A stretch of 25,564 nucleotides of DNA from Methanocellales archaeon (GTDB lineage: Archaea; Halobacteriota; JAWCLZ01), in assembly GCA_038850285.1 (NCBI GenBank), contig JAWCMA010000015.1, positions 1 through 25,564 on the forward strand, written 5' to 3'. Both the position numbers and the translations under genes were made by a program. Under the pieces are notes generated by a model. That model made no database searches. It saw only the letters and a list, made by a program, of their open reading frames with translations, and was not told the DNA's origin. Below are positions 1-7,712 of this stretch, piece by piece; positions within the stretch are counted from its first letter, which is position 1; each line of letters starts with the position of its first letter.

Positions 1-168
1 CACTAGGTCTTGCTTGCTCGTGGTGGTTATGAATACGCAGTCCCCAGCGTTCAATTGAAAGAGGGAGTATAGATTGTGCGCGCTTCTAACCTCGAGGGTG
101 CGAATCTTGCGATCCAATAAGTCATTGATCACTTGCTTGGTAATTCCAGTTAAGGCTATATATTGCAA
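1..168 (-). CDS. DUF473-family protein (archaeal, unknown function); partial, runs off the window start
   Basis: Not in the ORF track. Manual translation from TTG at 168 gives MQYIALTGITKQVINDLLDRKIRTLEVRSAHNLYSLFQLNAGDCVFITTTSKQDLV, open to base 1. The ALTGI...RTLEVRS.HN...VFIT pattern matches DUF473 as I recall it. SD-like GGGGTG lies just upstream. Confidence 0.75.
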   Translation of the reverse strand, partial: MQYIALTGITKQVINDLLDRKIRTLEVRSAHNLYSLFQLNAGDCVFITTTSKQDLV

Positions 169-180
169 TTGCCACACCCC

Positions 181-903
181 CTATCCATACATTGGATATT
201 CCTTCTTTGGCTCCATAGCAGTTGTTTTCACCTGCTCAGCTAAGCGATGCAATTCAAATTCAATTTGCTCCGCTTGCTCAATTAATTTATCAATTGCTAC
301 ATTCCAGCCAAAAAGGGAATTAAGCACCTTTATCACCTCGGCCGCTGCTCTTGGATCTGGATTTGGACCGTAGGTTTCACCCATGAGGCAAATTGCATTC
401 ACTTTTTTCAATATGCAGCTATTTAAAATACTGCCTGAGACACCTGAAATTGCCCCTGTTTGGAGTACCTCGGCTTTATTCTTCAATCTCTCAAGGAGTT
501 CCTTGTTAGTTGCAACTGCGTATACTCTATGTTCATCGCTCATGGTCATGAGACCAGCGATTGAAATTATTTCCCTTGCATTTATGGCTATTGCCCAGTC
601 GATCAATGCAGCTCCAACTTCATTCGAGACGTTAGGATTAATTGGAATATCACTTATAACCGCGATCACCCCTTTATCTATTTGCTCATACATCCTAACG
701 GGAGCATTCACTATTCCACCTAGAGTTACCACAACCGGCGGGAAGTACTCTTGAGAGGCAACTATGCCAATTTGCTTCATCTCCATTTGCTCAATTAAAT
801 GCTGCATGGCAATAGTGCCAACCAATCCAATGCCCGGGAAGCCCTCGATTACCACTGGGTTTTTAACTGAGACTTTATCCACCAAGATCTTAACACCTTG
901 CAT
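181..903 (-). CDS. PAC2-family proteasome assembly chaperone (archaeal Pba-like)
   Basis: EGFPGIGLVGTIA and PDPRAAA motifs; C-terminal HbYX motif (PMYG). Start placed at the ATG at 903 (MQGVKI); the ORF track extends to 924. Confidence 0.9.
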   Translation of the reverse strand: MQGVKILVDKVSVKNPVVIEGFPGIGLVGTIAMQHLIEQMEMKQIGIVASQEYFPPVVVTLGGIVNAPVRMYEQIDKGVIAVISDIPINPNVSNEVGAALIDWAIAINAREIISIAGLMTMSDEHRVYAVATNKELLERLKNKAEVLQTGAISGVSGSILNSCILKKVNAICLMGETYGPNPDPRAAAEVIKVLNSLFGWNVAIDKLIEQAEQIEFELHRLAEQVKTTAMEPKKEYPMYG

Positions 904-1019
904 AATTCTCATGATAAAATTCAAATTTCCATTATATCATTTTACCGTTAACGATTGAAAGTTGAAAAAAAGAGATAAAAAGATAAATTAAAATCAAAAT
1001 CAAAAGTAAATAAGAAACT

Positions 1020-1331
1020 ATGCAGCAATATAAATTTAAGCGGGGTTACTCAAGCGATAGAGGGCGAATTCTAGCTGTATTGAGGGAATGCTTCCCGGTG
1101 GATATTGAGGAGAGGGAGGGTAGATTTATGCTGAGCTATGGCGCGCTCCATCAAATGCAGGTCTGGGTTGCTGAGAATAAACTCTGCGTTGAAACCAAGT
1201 CCAATTTAAATGCGGATAGCGCTGCTATTCTCGATACCAATAAGCGCTTTAGAGTTTTCCTGGAAAAGGCCACTGGCTATACTGCGAAGCAGAGGGTGGA
1301 GCTAGCTAAGAGAGAGGTAATAGGCGATTAG
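1020..1331 (+). CDS. DUF5611-family protein
   Basis: 103 aa; N-terminal MQQYKFKRG, internal SYGAL, C-terminal FLEKATGYTAKQR, typical of this archaeal family. Confidence 0.75.
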   Translation: MQQYKFKRGYSSDRGRILAVLRECFPVDIEEREGRFMLSYGALHQMQVWVAENKLCVETKSNLNADSAAILDTNKRFRVFLEKATGYTAKQRVELAKREVIGD

Positions 1332-1364
1332 GTTATATATAATATTATTATATTATATTCATTA
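1332..1364. terminator. AT-rich spacer between convergent genes, probable bidirectional terminator
   Basis: Almost pure A/T low-complexity tract between two facing stop codons. Confidence 0.35.
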
Positions 1365-1628
1365 TTATATATCGCCGTGTTCGCTCTTCTTTAGGTCTTC
1401 ATAGGTGCTTATCCATCTGCGGTAGAACTCGTGCTGCATGCAAGCTAGCAATCCCATGATTCTCTCGTAGTTGAAATAGCTGGGCTTATATAGATTTTTC
1501 AATGCCTTGGTGATTAAATAGTTCAAGCAGCCATCCCATTCATTCTCTGGGAGCTTTTTTAAATGCATTGATATTTGCTCCACGATTTTATCCAGTTCAA
1601 GTCTTTTTTCCGGTTTAATATAGGGCAT
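1365..1628 (-). CDS. DUF6899-like small helical protein
   Basis: MPYIK...G.LNY.IT...Y..Y...MG.L.C...EFYRR....YED.K....GDI pattern. Confidence 0.7.
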   Translation of the reverse strand: MPYIKPEKRLELDKIVEQISMHLKKLPENEWDGCLNYLITKALKNLYKPSYFNYERIMGLLACMQHEFYRRWISTYEDLKKSEHGDI

Positions 1629-1662
1629 AGATTTAAATTTAAGCTAGCCTTGTTCTTAGAAT

Positions 1663-3255
1663 TTATCCTTCAAGCCTTAGTCTGCGCTGAACCAAGGCTT
1701 CATCCAGTGCATATAAAAAAGGCCCCAGCCTAGGTCCGCGCGGCTTGCCCAAGAGGAGTTGATATATTGTTTTAAAGAACTCCGCTTCCTTAATTCCATT
1801 CCTCCTAGCGATTTCAAAGATTGCATTTTGCACTTCAATTTCACTTTTAGCTTGAAGCAGGTAATCAGCAAGTTCAAAAAGAGCTTTCTTCACCCTTTCA
1901 TCTAAAGGCTGGGTCAAGCAAAGCTCCCGCTGGAGCTCGAATCTATATTCCTCTGGAGCAAATTCCGCTGCCCAGTTTCTGGCTTTGAATACCCTAGTAA
2001 GCGCTTCCAGCTCCATCTCCCTGCTTGCATCTGCTGGTAAATGCTCGGTTTTCTTAAGCACCTTGAGAATATGCACTATATTTTGACTCACCCCAAGCAT
2101 GGCTGCGAAGGTATAGGGGATTCGAATGTGCCTTTTAATTTCTCTAATGCACATTGGATAAACTCGCTTTGCCAATTCAACTTCCTCTCCCTCGCCACCT
2201 TCGAAGTATAGTCTTTCAAAGCGATCGAAGCTATCCACGAGAAAATTTAGATTCTTTAGATCTAAATTCTTCTGCTTCATAGGCGTTAAAGAGTAGAAAT
2301 AGAGCAAAACCTCGGGTTCAACTAATTTAAGCAAATCCTGCGCTATATATACATTGCCATGCCTCGTGGACATCTTCGCGCCATTGACCAAGAAGAATTC
2401 ATAGACAAATGGAATAGGGGGCGCGATTTTTAAAATGCGCCTCGCGATTTCCTGACCACTTGGCCAAGAGCCCTCGAAGTGATCCTTGCCAAATGGCTCC
2501 ATGTCCACTTGGAAGATCTTCCACTGCCCGGGCCACTCGAAGCGCCAAGGTAATTTGCCCTCGCTAAATGCAGTTTCCCCTTTATAGCCACATCCAGAGA
2601 TTTCAAACTCCCCAGCTAAGGTTTTAGTTTCACAGGAATATTTCACGGTCAAGGTTTCCAAGTTAAAACTTAGAGGTGTAGCAGTTATCCTCCCGCAGTT
2701 ATTGCAGATGGGCATATATGGAATGTAACTATGGGGGAGATTTGTTTGATACCTCGCCATTATCTCTCGAGCTAGCTCGATTTTTGAGAATATCTCAATT
2801 ATCACTTCTTGGAATTTCCCCTCTCTATATAGATCATCGTTGTTGAAATTCTCAATTTCCACCCCAAGGGCTCTAACTCCATCTAGCCACACTGAGTTGA
2901 AATGCCTCGCCCAGTTTTCGCAGCAGCCAAATGGATCTGGCACGAGTACATAGGGCATGCCAATATATCGCTCTAGCCTAGCTATCTCCCCAGGGGTAAG
3001 CTGCTTCCACTCTCCATCGCGATCTGGCAGTCGCTCTGGGATCTTACGCAGGGGATCGCGGTCATCGCAAGTGTGAATAAATCTAGCTTTAATTCCATCT
3101 AATTCAAGTGCTCTTACTATGAAATAGCCCCTGAGAATATCATTGAGATTGCCAATATGCTTCCCCCCCGAGGGCGAAGCACCTGCTTTTATAACAGGCT
3201 GCTTTAAAGCGCAGCGTTTCTTCACCTCATAAGCAACTTCATCTGCCCAGAACAT
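1663..3255 (-). CDS. lysS: Lysine--tRNA ligase, class I
   Basis: N-terminal FWAD, SPSGGKHIGN (HIGH motif), CNNCG zinc site, GKLPWRFEWP, EPFGKDH, KMSTRHGN (KMSKS-like), C-terminal GPRLGPF. Confidence 0.96.
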   Translation of the reverse strand: MFWADEVAYEVKKRCALKQPVIKAGASPSGGKHIGNLNDILRGYFIVRALELDGIKARFIHTCDDRDPLRKIPERLPDRDGEWKQLTPGEIARLERYIGMPYVLVPDPFGCCENWARHFNSVWLDGVRALGVEIENFNNDDLYREGKFQEVIIEIFSKIELAREIMARYQTNLPHSYIPYMPICNNCGRITATPLSFNLETLTVKYSCETKTLAGEFEISGCGYKGETAFSEGKLPWRFEWPGQWKIFQVDMEPFGKDHFEGSWPSGQEIARRILKIAPPIPFVYEFFLVNGAKMSTRHGNVYIAQDLLKLVEPEVLLYFYSLTPMKQKNLDLKNLNFLVDSFDRFERLYFEGGEGEEVELAKRVYPMCIREIKRHIRIPYTFAAMLGVSQNIVHILKVLKKTEHLPADASREMELEALTRVFKARNWAAEFAPEEYRFELQRELCLTQPLDERVKKALFELADYLLQAKSEIEVQNAIFEIARRNGIKEAEFFKTIYQLLLGKPRGPRLGPFLYALDEALVQRRLRLEG

Positions 3256-3273
3256 CTCATCGATTTTTGATTC

Positions 3274-3294
3274 TCCAAGTATATAAATCTTGGA
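3274..3294 (-). promoter_or_regulatory. lysS TATA box (TTTATATA, 3287..3280) inside the inverted repeat TCCAAG-N9-CTTGGA
   Basis: The TATA box ends about 25 nt upstream of the lysS ATG; 6-bp inverted arms flank it. Confidence 0.55.
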
Positions 3295-3297
3295 ATT

Positions 3298-3347
3298 AGA
3301 ACTTAAAAAGAACTTAAAAAGAACTTAAAAAGAAAAAGAACTTAAAA
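3298..3347. repeat. 11-bp direct repeat AGAACTTAAAA: three tandem copies, a 6-nt AGAAAA spacer, then a fourth copy
   Basis: Copies at 3298-3308, 3309-3319, 3320-3330 and 3337-3347, read directly. Confidence 0.9.
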
Positions 3348-3353
3348 ATCGCT

Positions 3354-3372
3354 GCGGAAAGCATATATGCTT
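3354..3372 (+). promoter_or_regulatory. Putative BRE/TATA-like promoter of the hps fusion, inside the perfect 14-bp palindrome AAGCATATATGCTT (3359-3372)
   Basis: Purine-rich GCGGAAAG followed by CATATAT about 30 nt before the TTG start; SD GGAGG sits next to the start. Confidence 0.5.
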
Positions 3373-3398
3373 GACAATGGCATATCCAAGAGAGGAGG

Positions 3399-4706
3399 TT
3401 GATTCCAATATTTGAGAAACCAATTCTCCAAGTTGCATTGGATGTGCTTGAGATAGATCGCGCAATTCAAATAGCGAGAGAAGCACTCGAGGGAGGAGCT
3501 GACTGGCTTGAAGCAGGCACCCCCTTGATTAAGAGCGAGGGAATGGATGCCATTCGAAAACTAAAAGAAGCATTTCCAGATCGCAAGATCGTGGCTGATA
3601 TGAAAACTATAGATACAGGCGCGCTTGAGGTTGAAATGGCAGCTAAATCAGGGGCTAGCGTGGTTGCAATTTTAGGCGCCTCTTGCGATGCAGCTTTAAA
3701 CGACGCTCTTAGAGCAGCTCGCAAATATGGCGTTGAACTAATGGTGGATTTAATTAGCTTGAGAAACCCAGTGGAGCGCGCTAGAGAAGTGGAGCAAATG
3801 GGAATGGATTATATCAGCGTGCACGTGGGCATCGATATGCAGATGGTAGGCGTTGATCCACTTGAAGCACTTCAGCAAATTGCTAGAGAAATAAGCATTC
3901 CAATTGCAGTGGCAGGAGGCTTAGATGCTGAATCCGCAGCTGCAGCGGTTAAAATGGGAGCGGAGATTGTAATTGTAGGCGGCAACATAGTGCGATCGGC
4001 AAAGGTCACAGAATCCGCTCATAGGATAAGAGAAGCGATTGATAAAGCCGCAGCGGGCGAGCTCAAGCGGGAGTACAAGCGCAAGTCAATGGAGGAGGAG
4101 ATAATAGAGCTACTCTGGCAGGTTTCCACGCCTAACATAAGCGATGCCATGCATCGAAAGGGAGTAATGAGGGATATAAAGCCAGTGGTGGGCGGGGTTA
4201 AAATGGTTGGCAGAGCAGTTACTGTTCAAACCTTCGAGGGAGACTGGGCAAAGCCAGTTGAAGCAATAGATATAGCGCAGAAGGGCGATGTCATTGTAAT
4301 TTACAACGGCAGCAATTATGTTGCACCTTGGGGGGAGTTGGCTACGCATAGCTGCAGGAATAAGGGCATAGCTGGGGTTGTTATAGATGGAGCGGTTCGC
4401 GACATCGAGGATATAAGGGCAATGAAGTTCCCAGTCTTCGCAAGTGCAGTTGTACCCAACGCAGGCGAGCCTAAGGGCTTTGGCGAGATTAATGCGGAGA
4501 TTAAATGCGGAGGTTTAACTGTTAAACCCGGGGATTACATCGTGGGGGATGACAATGGCGTAGTAGCAATACCAAAGGAGCGTGCATATGAAATTGCTAG
4601 GAGAGCAATGGAAGTGAAGAAAAATGAAGATAGAGTGAGGGAGGAAATCAAAAGGGGGAAAACACTCCCTCAAGTTGTAGAGCTCTATAAATGGGAGAAG
4701 AAATGA
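3399..4706 (+). CDS. hxlA: 3-hexulose-6-phosphate synthase fused to a C-terminal RraA/HMG-aldolase-like domain
   Basis: N-terminal OMPDC/HPS barrel: [38 protein letters not shown]-terminal RraA-like domain: [44 protein letters not shown] start. Confidence 0.88.
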   Translation: MIPIFEKPILQVALDVLEIDRAIQIAREALEGGADWLEAGTPLIKSEGMDAIRKLKEAFPDRKIVADMKTIDTGALEVEMAAKSGASVVAILGASCDAALNDALRAARKYGVELMVDLISLRNPVERAREVEQMGMDYISVHVGIDMQMVGVDPLEALQQIAREISIPIAVAGGLDAESAAAAVKMGAEIVIVGGNIVRSAKVTESAHRIREAIDKAAAGELKREYKRKSMEEEIIELLWQVSTPNISDAMHRKGVMRDIKPVVGGVKMVGRAVTVQTFEGDWAKPVEAIDIAQKGDVIVIYNGSNYVAPWGELATHSCRNKGIAGVVIDGAVRDIEDIRAMKFPVFASAVVPNAGEPKGFGEINAEIKCGGLTVKPGDYIVGDDNGVVAIPKERAYEIARRAMEVKKNEDRVREEIKRGKTLPQVVELYKWEKK

Positions 4707-4760
4707 AGTATAATATAAATGACAAATCTTATTTTCCTGAAGATACCTATACCTATTTAA

Positions 4761-6335
4761 ATGAACCGGCTTGAGACGATAATTCGAGATGGCGAGCGAG
4801 AGAATATAGAGTTCAAGGAATTTTTAGATAAAGAATTACATTTAAAGGGGGAGAGGAAGCAAAACCTAGCTTGCCAGATGAAGCATCGTATTTTAATGGG
4901 CAATGGAAGTGCAGTTTATGTAATAGGCGTGGCTGATGGGGGGAAGCTAAAGGGAATCTCTAGAGAGCGCTTCGATGAAACCCTCTCAGTTTTAAGCTGC
5001 ATTGCAATTGAAATTGGAGCTAGAATTGCCGATGTAGAGGAATATCGCGTGGATGGAGGCTTCGTGGGCTTAGTTACCATTAATAACCTAATGCACGAGA
5101 AGGAGCATATCCTCATCGGCACAGCTGGACACGTGGATCACGGTAAATCAACGCTAGTTGGATCTCTAGTAACTGGTATATGCGATGATGGCGATGGAAA
5201 AACTAGGATTTATCTCGATGTACTCCCCCACGAAGTAGAGCGAGGACTATCCGCTGAGCTATCCTATGGGGTATATGGCTTTAAACAGCGCCAGACACTG
5301 CGTCTAGTTAATCCTTTAAATAAGAAAGAACGCGCTGGAATAGTGGAGCAAGCTGAGAAGATTGTTTCCTTCGTTGACACCGTTGGACATGAGCCCTGGC
5401 TGCGTACAACCATCAGGGGAATAGTGGGCCAGAAACTTGACTATGGATTACTAGTTGTTGCTGCAGACGATGGCGTGACCCACGTTACTAAGGAACACTT
5501 GGGAATTTTAATTGCAATGGATCTCCCTGTGATAATTGCAATCACCAAGATAGATAGAGCAAGCGAGGAGCAAATCACCAAGGTGGAGCAGCAGATTTCA
5601 AATGTTTTAAAACTCATTGGCAAAATTCCCTTTAAAATCAAAACCTATGAGGATATAGATAAAGTGGCACATAAGATAGCTCAAGGTATATTAACGCCTA
5701 TGCTGAGAACTTCATCGGTAACACTAGAGGGCTATGATTTGCTTGATAGATTACTCTACATGCTTCCCAAGCGCAATTTTGAAATTAAAAAGCCATTTCA
5801 AATGTATATAGATAAAATCTATCAAATTACTGGCGTGGGCACAGTGGCAAGTGGAACAGTGAAGCAAGGCGAAGTGAGAACTGGCGATTTGCTATATTTA
5901 GGCCCAGATGAAGCTGGTTCTTTCCAGCAGGTAAAGGTTCAATCCATTGAGATGCATTACTATAGAATCGATAAAGCCAGCGCGGGGGAGATAGTGGGCA
6001 TCGCATTGAAGGGAGTTAAAGCAAGCGATATAGCTAGGGGAATGGTGCTTTGTAAAGAAGAACCAAAGGCAGTGCGGGAATTCCAAGCAGAGGTATTGAT
6101 ATTGAATCATCCCACTAGAATAGCTCGAGGATATGAACCAGTTTTGCACGTGGAAACCATAGCTGAAACCGTGGTATTCGAGGATATGGATCGCGAGTAT
6201 ATGATGGCAGGGCAGAGTGGTAGAGTGAAGATGCGCTTCAAATTCAAACCTCACTATATCTACGAGGGACAGAAGTTCATATTTCGAGAGGGCAGAAGCA
6301 AGGGAATTGGCAAGGTGGTGAAGGTAATTGACTAG
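4761..6335 (+). CDS. Archaeal GTPBP1-family translational GTPase (EF-Tu/EF1A-like)
   Basis: N-terminal GERENIEFK domain; G1 GHVDHGKST, G3 DTVGHEPWLRTT, G4 TKID; EF-Tu domains II/III ending in FIFREGRSKGIG. Confidence 0.9.
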   Translation: MNRLETIIRDGERENIEFKEFLDKELHLKGERKQNLACQMKHRILMGNGSAVYVIGVADGGKLKGISRERFDETLSVLSCIAIEIGARIADVEEYRVDGGFVGLVTINNLMHEKEHILIGTAGHVDHGKSTLVGSLVTGICDDGDGKTRIYLDVLPHEVERGLSAELSYGVYGFKQRQTLRLVNPLNKKERAGIVEQAEKIVSFVDTVGHEPWLRTTIRGIVGQKLDYGLLVVAADDGVTHVTKEHLGILIAMDLPVIIAITKIDRASEEQITKVEQQISNVLKLIGKIPFKIKTYEDIDKVAHKIAQGILTPMLRTSSVTLEGYDLLDRLLYMLPKRNFEIKKPFQMYIDKIYQITGVGTVASGTVKQGEVRTGDLLYLGPDEAGSFQQVKVQSIEMHYYRIDKASAGEIVGIALKGVKASDIARGMVLCKEEPKAVREFQAEVLILNHPTRIARGYEPVLHVETIAETVVFEDMDREYMMAGQSGRVKMRFKFKPHYIYEGQKFIFREGRSKGIGKVVKVID

Positions 6336-7047
6336 GCCAAGGCTTTTAATAAGCCCTATGGATGTGGAGGAAGCTAGAGAATGCGTGGAAGGGGGAGCTG
6401 ATATCATAGATGTGAAAAACCCCAGGGAGGGATCGCTGGGAGCGAACTTCCCCTGGATTATAAAAGCAATACGCCGCGCAGTTCCAATGGAAATTGAGGT
6501 AAGTGCTACGATTGGCGATTTCCCAGATTTACCTGGCTCTGCCTCGCTCGCGGCACTTGGAGTTGCTACCACTGGCGTGAACTATGTAAAAGTCGGGCTA
6601 TTTGGCTCTAGAACCGAGGAGGCAGCTATTTTTTTGATGAAGCAAGTGGTTAGAGCGGTTAAAGACTATAACTCTAGAATAAAAGTCGTAGCCGCTGGAT
6701 ATGCAGATGCAAAGCGAGTTGGAACAATTGATCCCCTTAAAATTCCAAGTATAGTTGCAAGCTCAAATGCAGATATAGCTATGGTGGACACAGCGCTGAA
6801 AGACGGCAGAAGCTTGTTTGACTTTTTAACACCTGAGGAAATAGAGAAATTCACCAGTAAAGCTCGCGAGCTAGGCTTGAAAGTGGCACTTGCAGGCTCA
6901 ATTAAGAGGGAAGAAATAGCCAAAGCTGCAAGTTTCAAGCCAGATGTAATAGGCATAAGAGGCGCTGCTTGCTCAAGTGGAAATAGAAATGGCAGAATTG
7001 AAGCGAGGAGAGTTAGAGAACTCCTGGAAATATTGAAGCACCACTAG
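6328..7047 (+). CDS. mfnB: (5-formylfuran-3-yl)methyl phosphate synthase (methanofuran biosynthesis)
   Basis: LLISP..EEA, GGADIIDVKNPREGSLGANFPW, SATIGD, YVKVGL, GYAD, MVDTALKDG, ALAGS, GIRGAAC. The TTG start overlaps the GTPBP1 stop by 8 nt. Confidence 0.93.
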   Translation: MTRPRLLISPMDVEEARECVEGGADIIDVKNPREGSLGANFPWIIKAIRRAVPMEIEVSATIGDFPDLPGSASLAALGVATTGVNYVKVGLFGSRTEEAAIFLMKQVVRAVKDYNSRIKVVAAGYADAKRVGTIDPLKIPSIVASSNADIAMVDTALKDGRSLFDFLTPEEIEKFTSKARELGLKVALAGSIKREEIAKAASFKPDVIGIRGAACSSGNRNGRIEARRVRELLEILKHH

Positions 7048-7113
7048 CAACTTTTTTTATTCAACCGCATTTCTCTTCATTTAATTTTAATTATAATTTA
7101 ATTATAATTTTAA
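7048..7113. terminator. T-rich/AT-rich region between convergent genes
   Basis: T7 run just after the mfnB stop; low-complexity AT tract with a TTAATTATAAT tandem pair (7087-7108). Confidence 0.45.
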
Positions 7114-7710
7114 TTAATCAAATTCAAGTAAGTGTTTTTCGAAGAAACTGCAAACTACCTCCGCCACTTCTTCGATTTTATCTTCAAAGAAATGATCTGT
7201 CTCGAGTAAAAGCTTTTGCTTTGGTTCGCGGGCAATTCTATATAGATATTCTAGGTCAACTATCTCAGCAGCTTCATCTCTCAAGCCATGAATAAATAAC
7301 TTGGGGCAAGTTTGATCAACTCTAGCTGAGATTAGTTCAGTGTGTTTAAGCAGAGCTTGAAATACAATAGCCTCGACCTCTCTAAAGATAGCTGCATTTG
7401 AAGCAACTAAAGCACCAAAGGCATAGCCATATAATCCTATTTTTCTAACCCTCGCTTTTAAATAGTCAATAGCGCTGATGGCATCTTCAACCTCCCGCAG
7501 GCCCTCTGTATGCTCAGCTCTATAGTCAAAGCAAAGTGCCAGCATAGAATGCTCAGTCAGTTTCTCAGCAATTGCAACCAATCTCTTATCATCTCTATTG
7601 CCGCCTTTCAATGGACTTGGGGGGCAGAGTACAACCCCTGCTTCACCCCTTCCATAGAGTGTTGCACTGAGCATTTCCTCACCGCTGCGAATAGCTAAAT
7701 CCCGCTTCAA
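7114..7710 (-). CDS. Alpha/beta-hydrolase fold protein lacking the catalytic Ser (GYAFG)
   Basis: Fold pattern VVLCPPSP..GG, LCFDYR, GLYGYAFG, FIHG..DE, DHFF. TTG start 2 nt after the DUF460 stop, with SD GGAGG. Confidence 0.8.
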   Translation of the reverse strand: MKRDLAIRSGEEMLSATLYGRGEAGVVLCPPSPLKGGNRDDKRLVAIAEKLTEHSMLALCFDYRAEHTEGLREVEDAISAIDYLKARVRKIGLYGYAFGALVASNAAIFREVEAIVFQALLKHTELISARVDQTCPKLFIHGLRDEAAEIVDLEYLYRIAREPKQKLLLETDHFFEDKIEEVAEVVCSFFEKHLLEFD

Positions 7711-7712
7711 GG

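Noticed and set aside
168-183. PAC2 TAG stop is in frame with the downstream DUF473 ORF (possible amber read-through fusion)
   Set aside because: PAC2 ends in an HbYX motif (MYG) that needs a free C-terminus, DUF473 has its own SD and TTG start, and no pyrrolysine machinery is visible.
989-1005. 17-mer TAAAATCAAAATCAAAA also present at 16155-16171
   Set aside because: Low-complexity A-rich sequence in different contexts; chance or T-tract terminator convergence suffices.
2350-2376. KMSTRHGN variant of the KMSKS motif in LysRS
   Set aside because: This motif varies among class I LysRS enzymes and the rest of the protein is canonical.
3298-3347. Repeat array as a mini-CRISPR
   Set aside because: Units are 11 bp and contiguous, with no unique spacers and no cas genes.
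4110-4706. Menaquinone methyltransferase (MenG) role for the C-terminal domain of the HPS fusion, linking it to the MenK-like gene
   Set aside because: The MenG label for RraA-like domains is a known mis-annotation; no SAM-binding motif is present.
4761-6335. SelB or EF-1alpha
   Set aside because: The N-terminal ENIEFK domain, DTVGHEPWLRTT and FREG C-terminus fit GTPBP1; I saw no in-frame TGA selenoprotein candidate.
5898-6572. 224-aa minus-strand ORF and the other short ORFs overlapping or antisense to assigned genes
   Set aside because: Shadow frames of well-supported genes, with no recognisable motifs.
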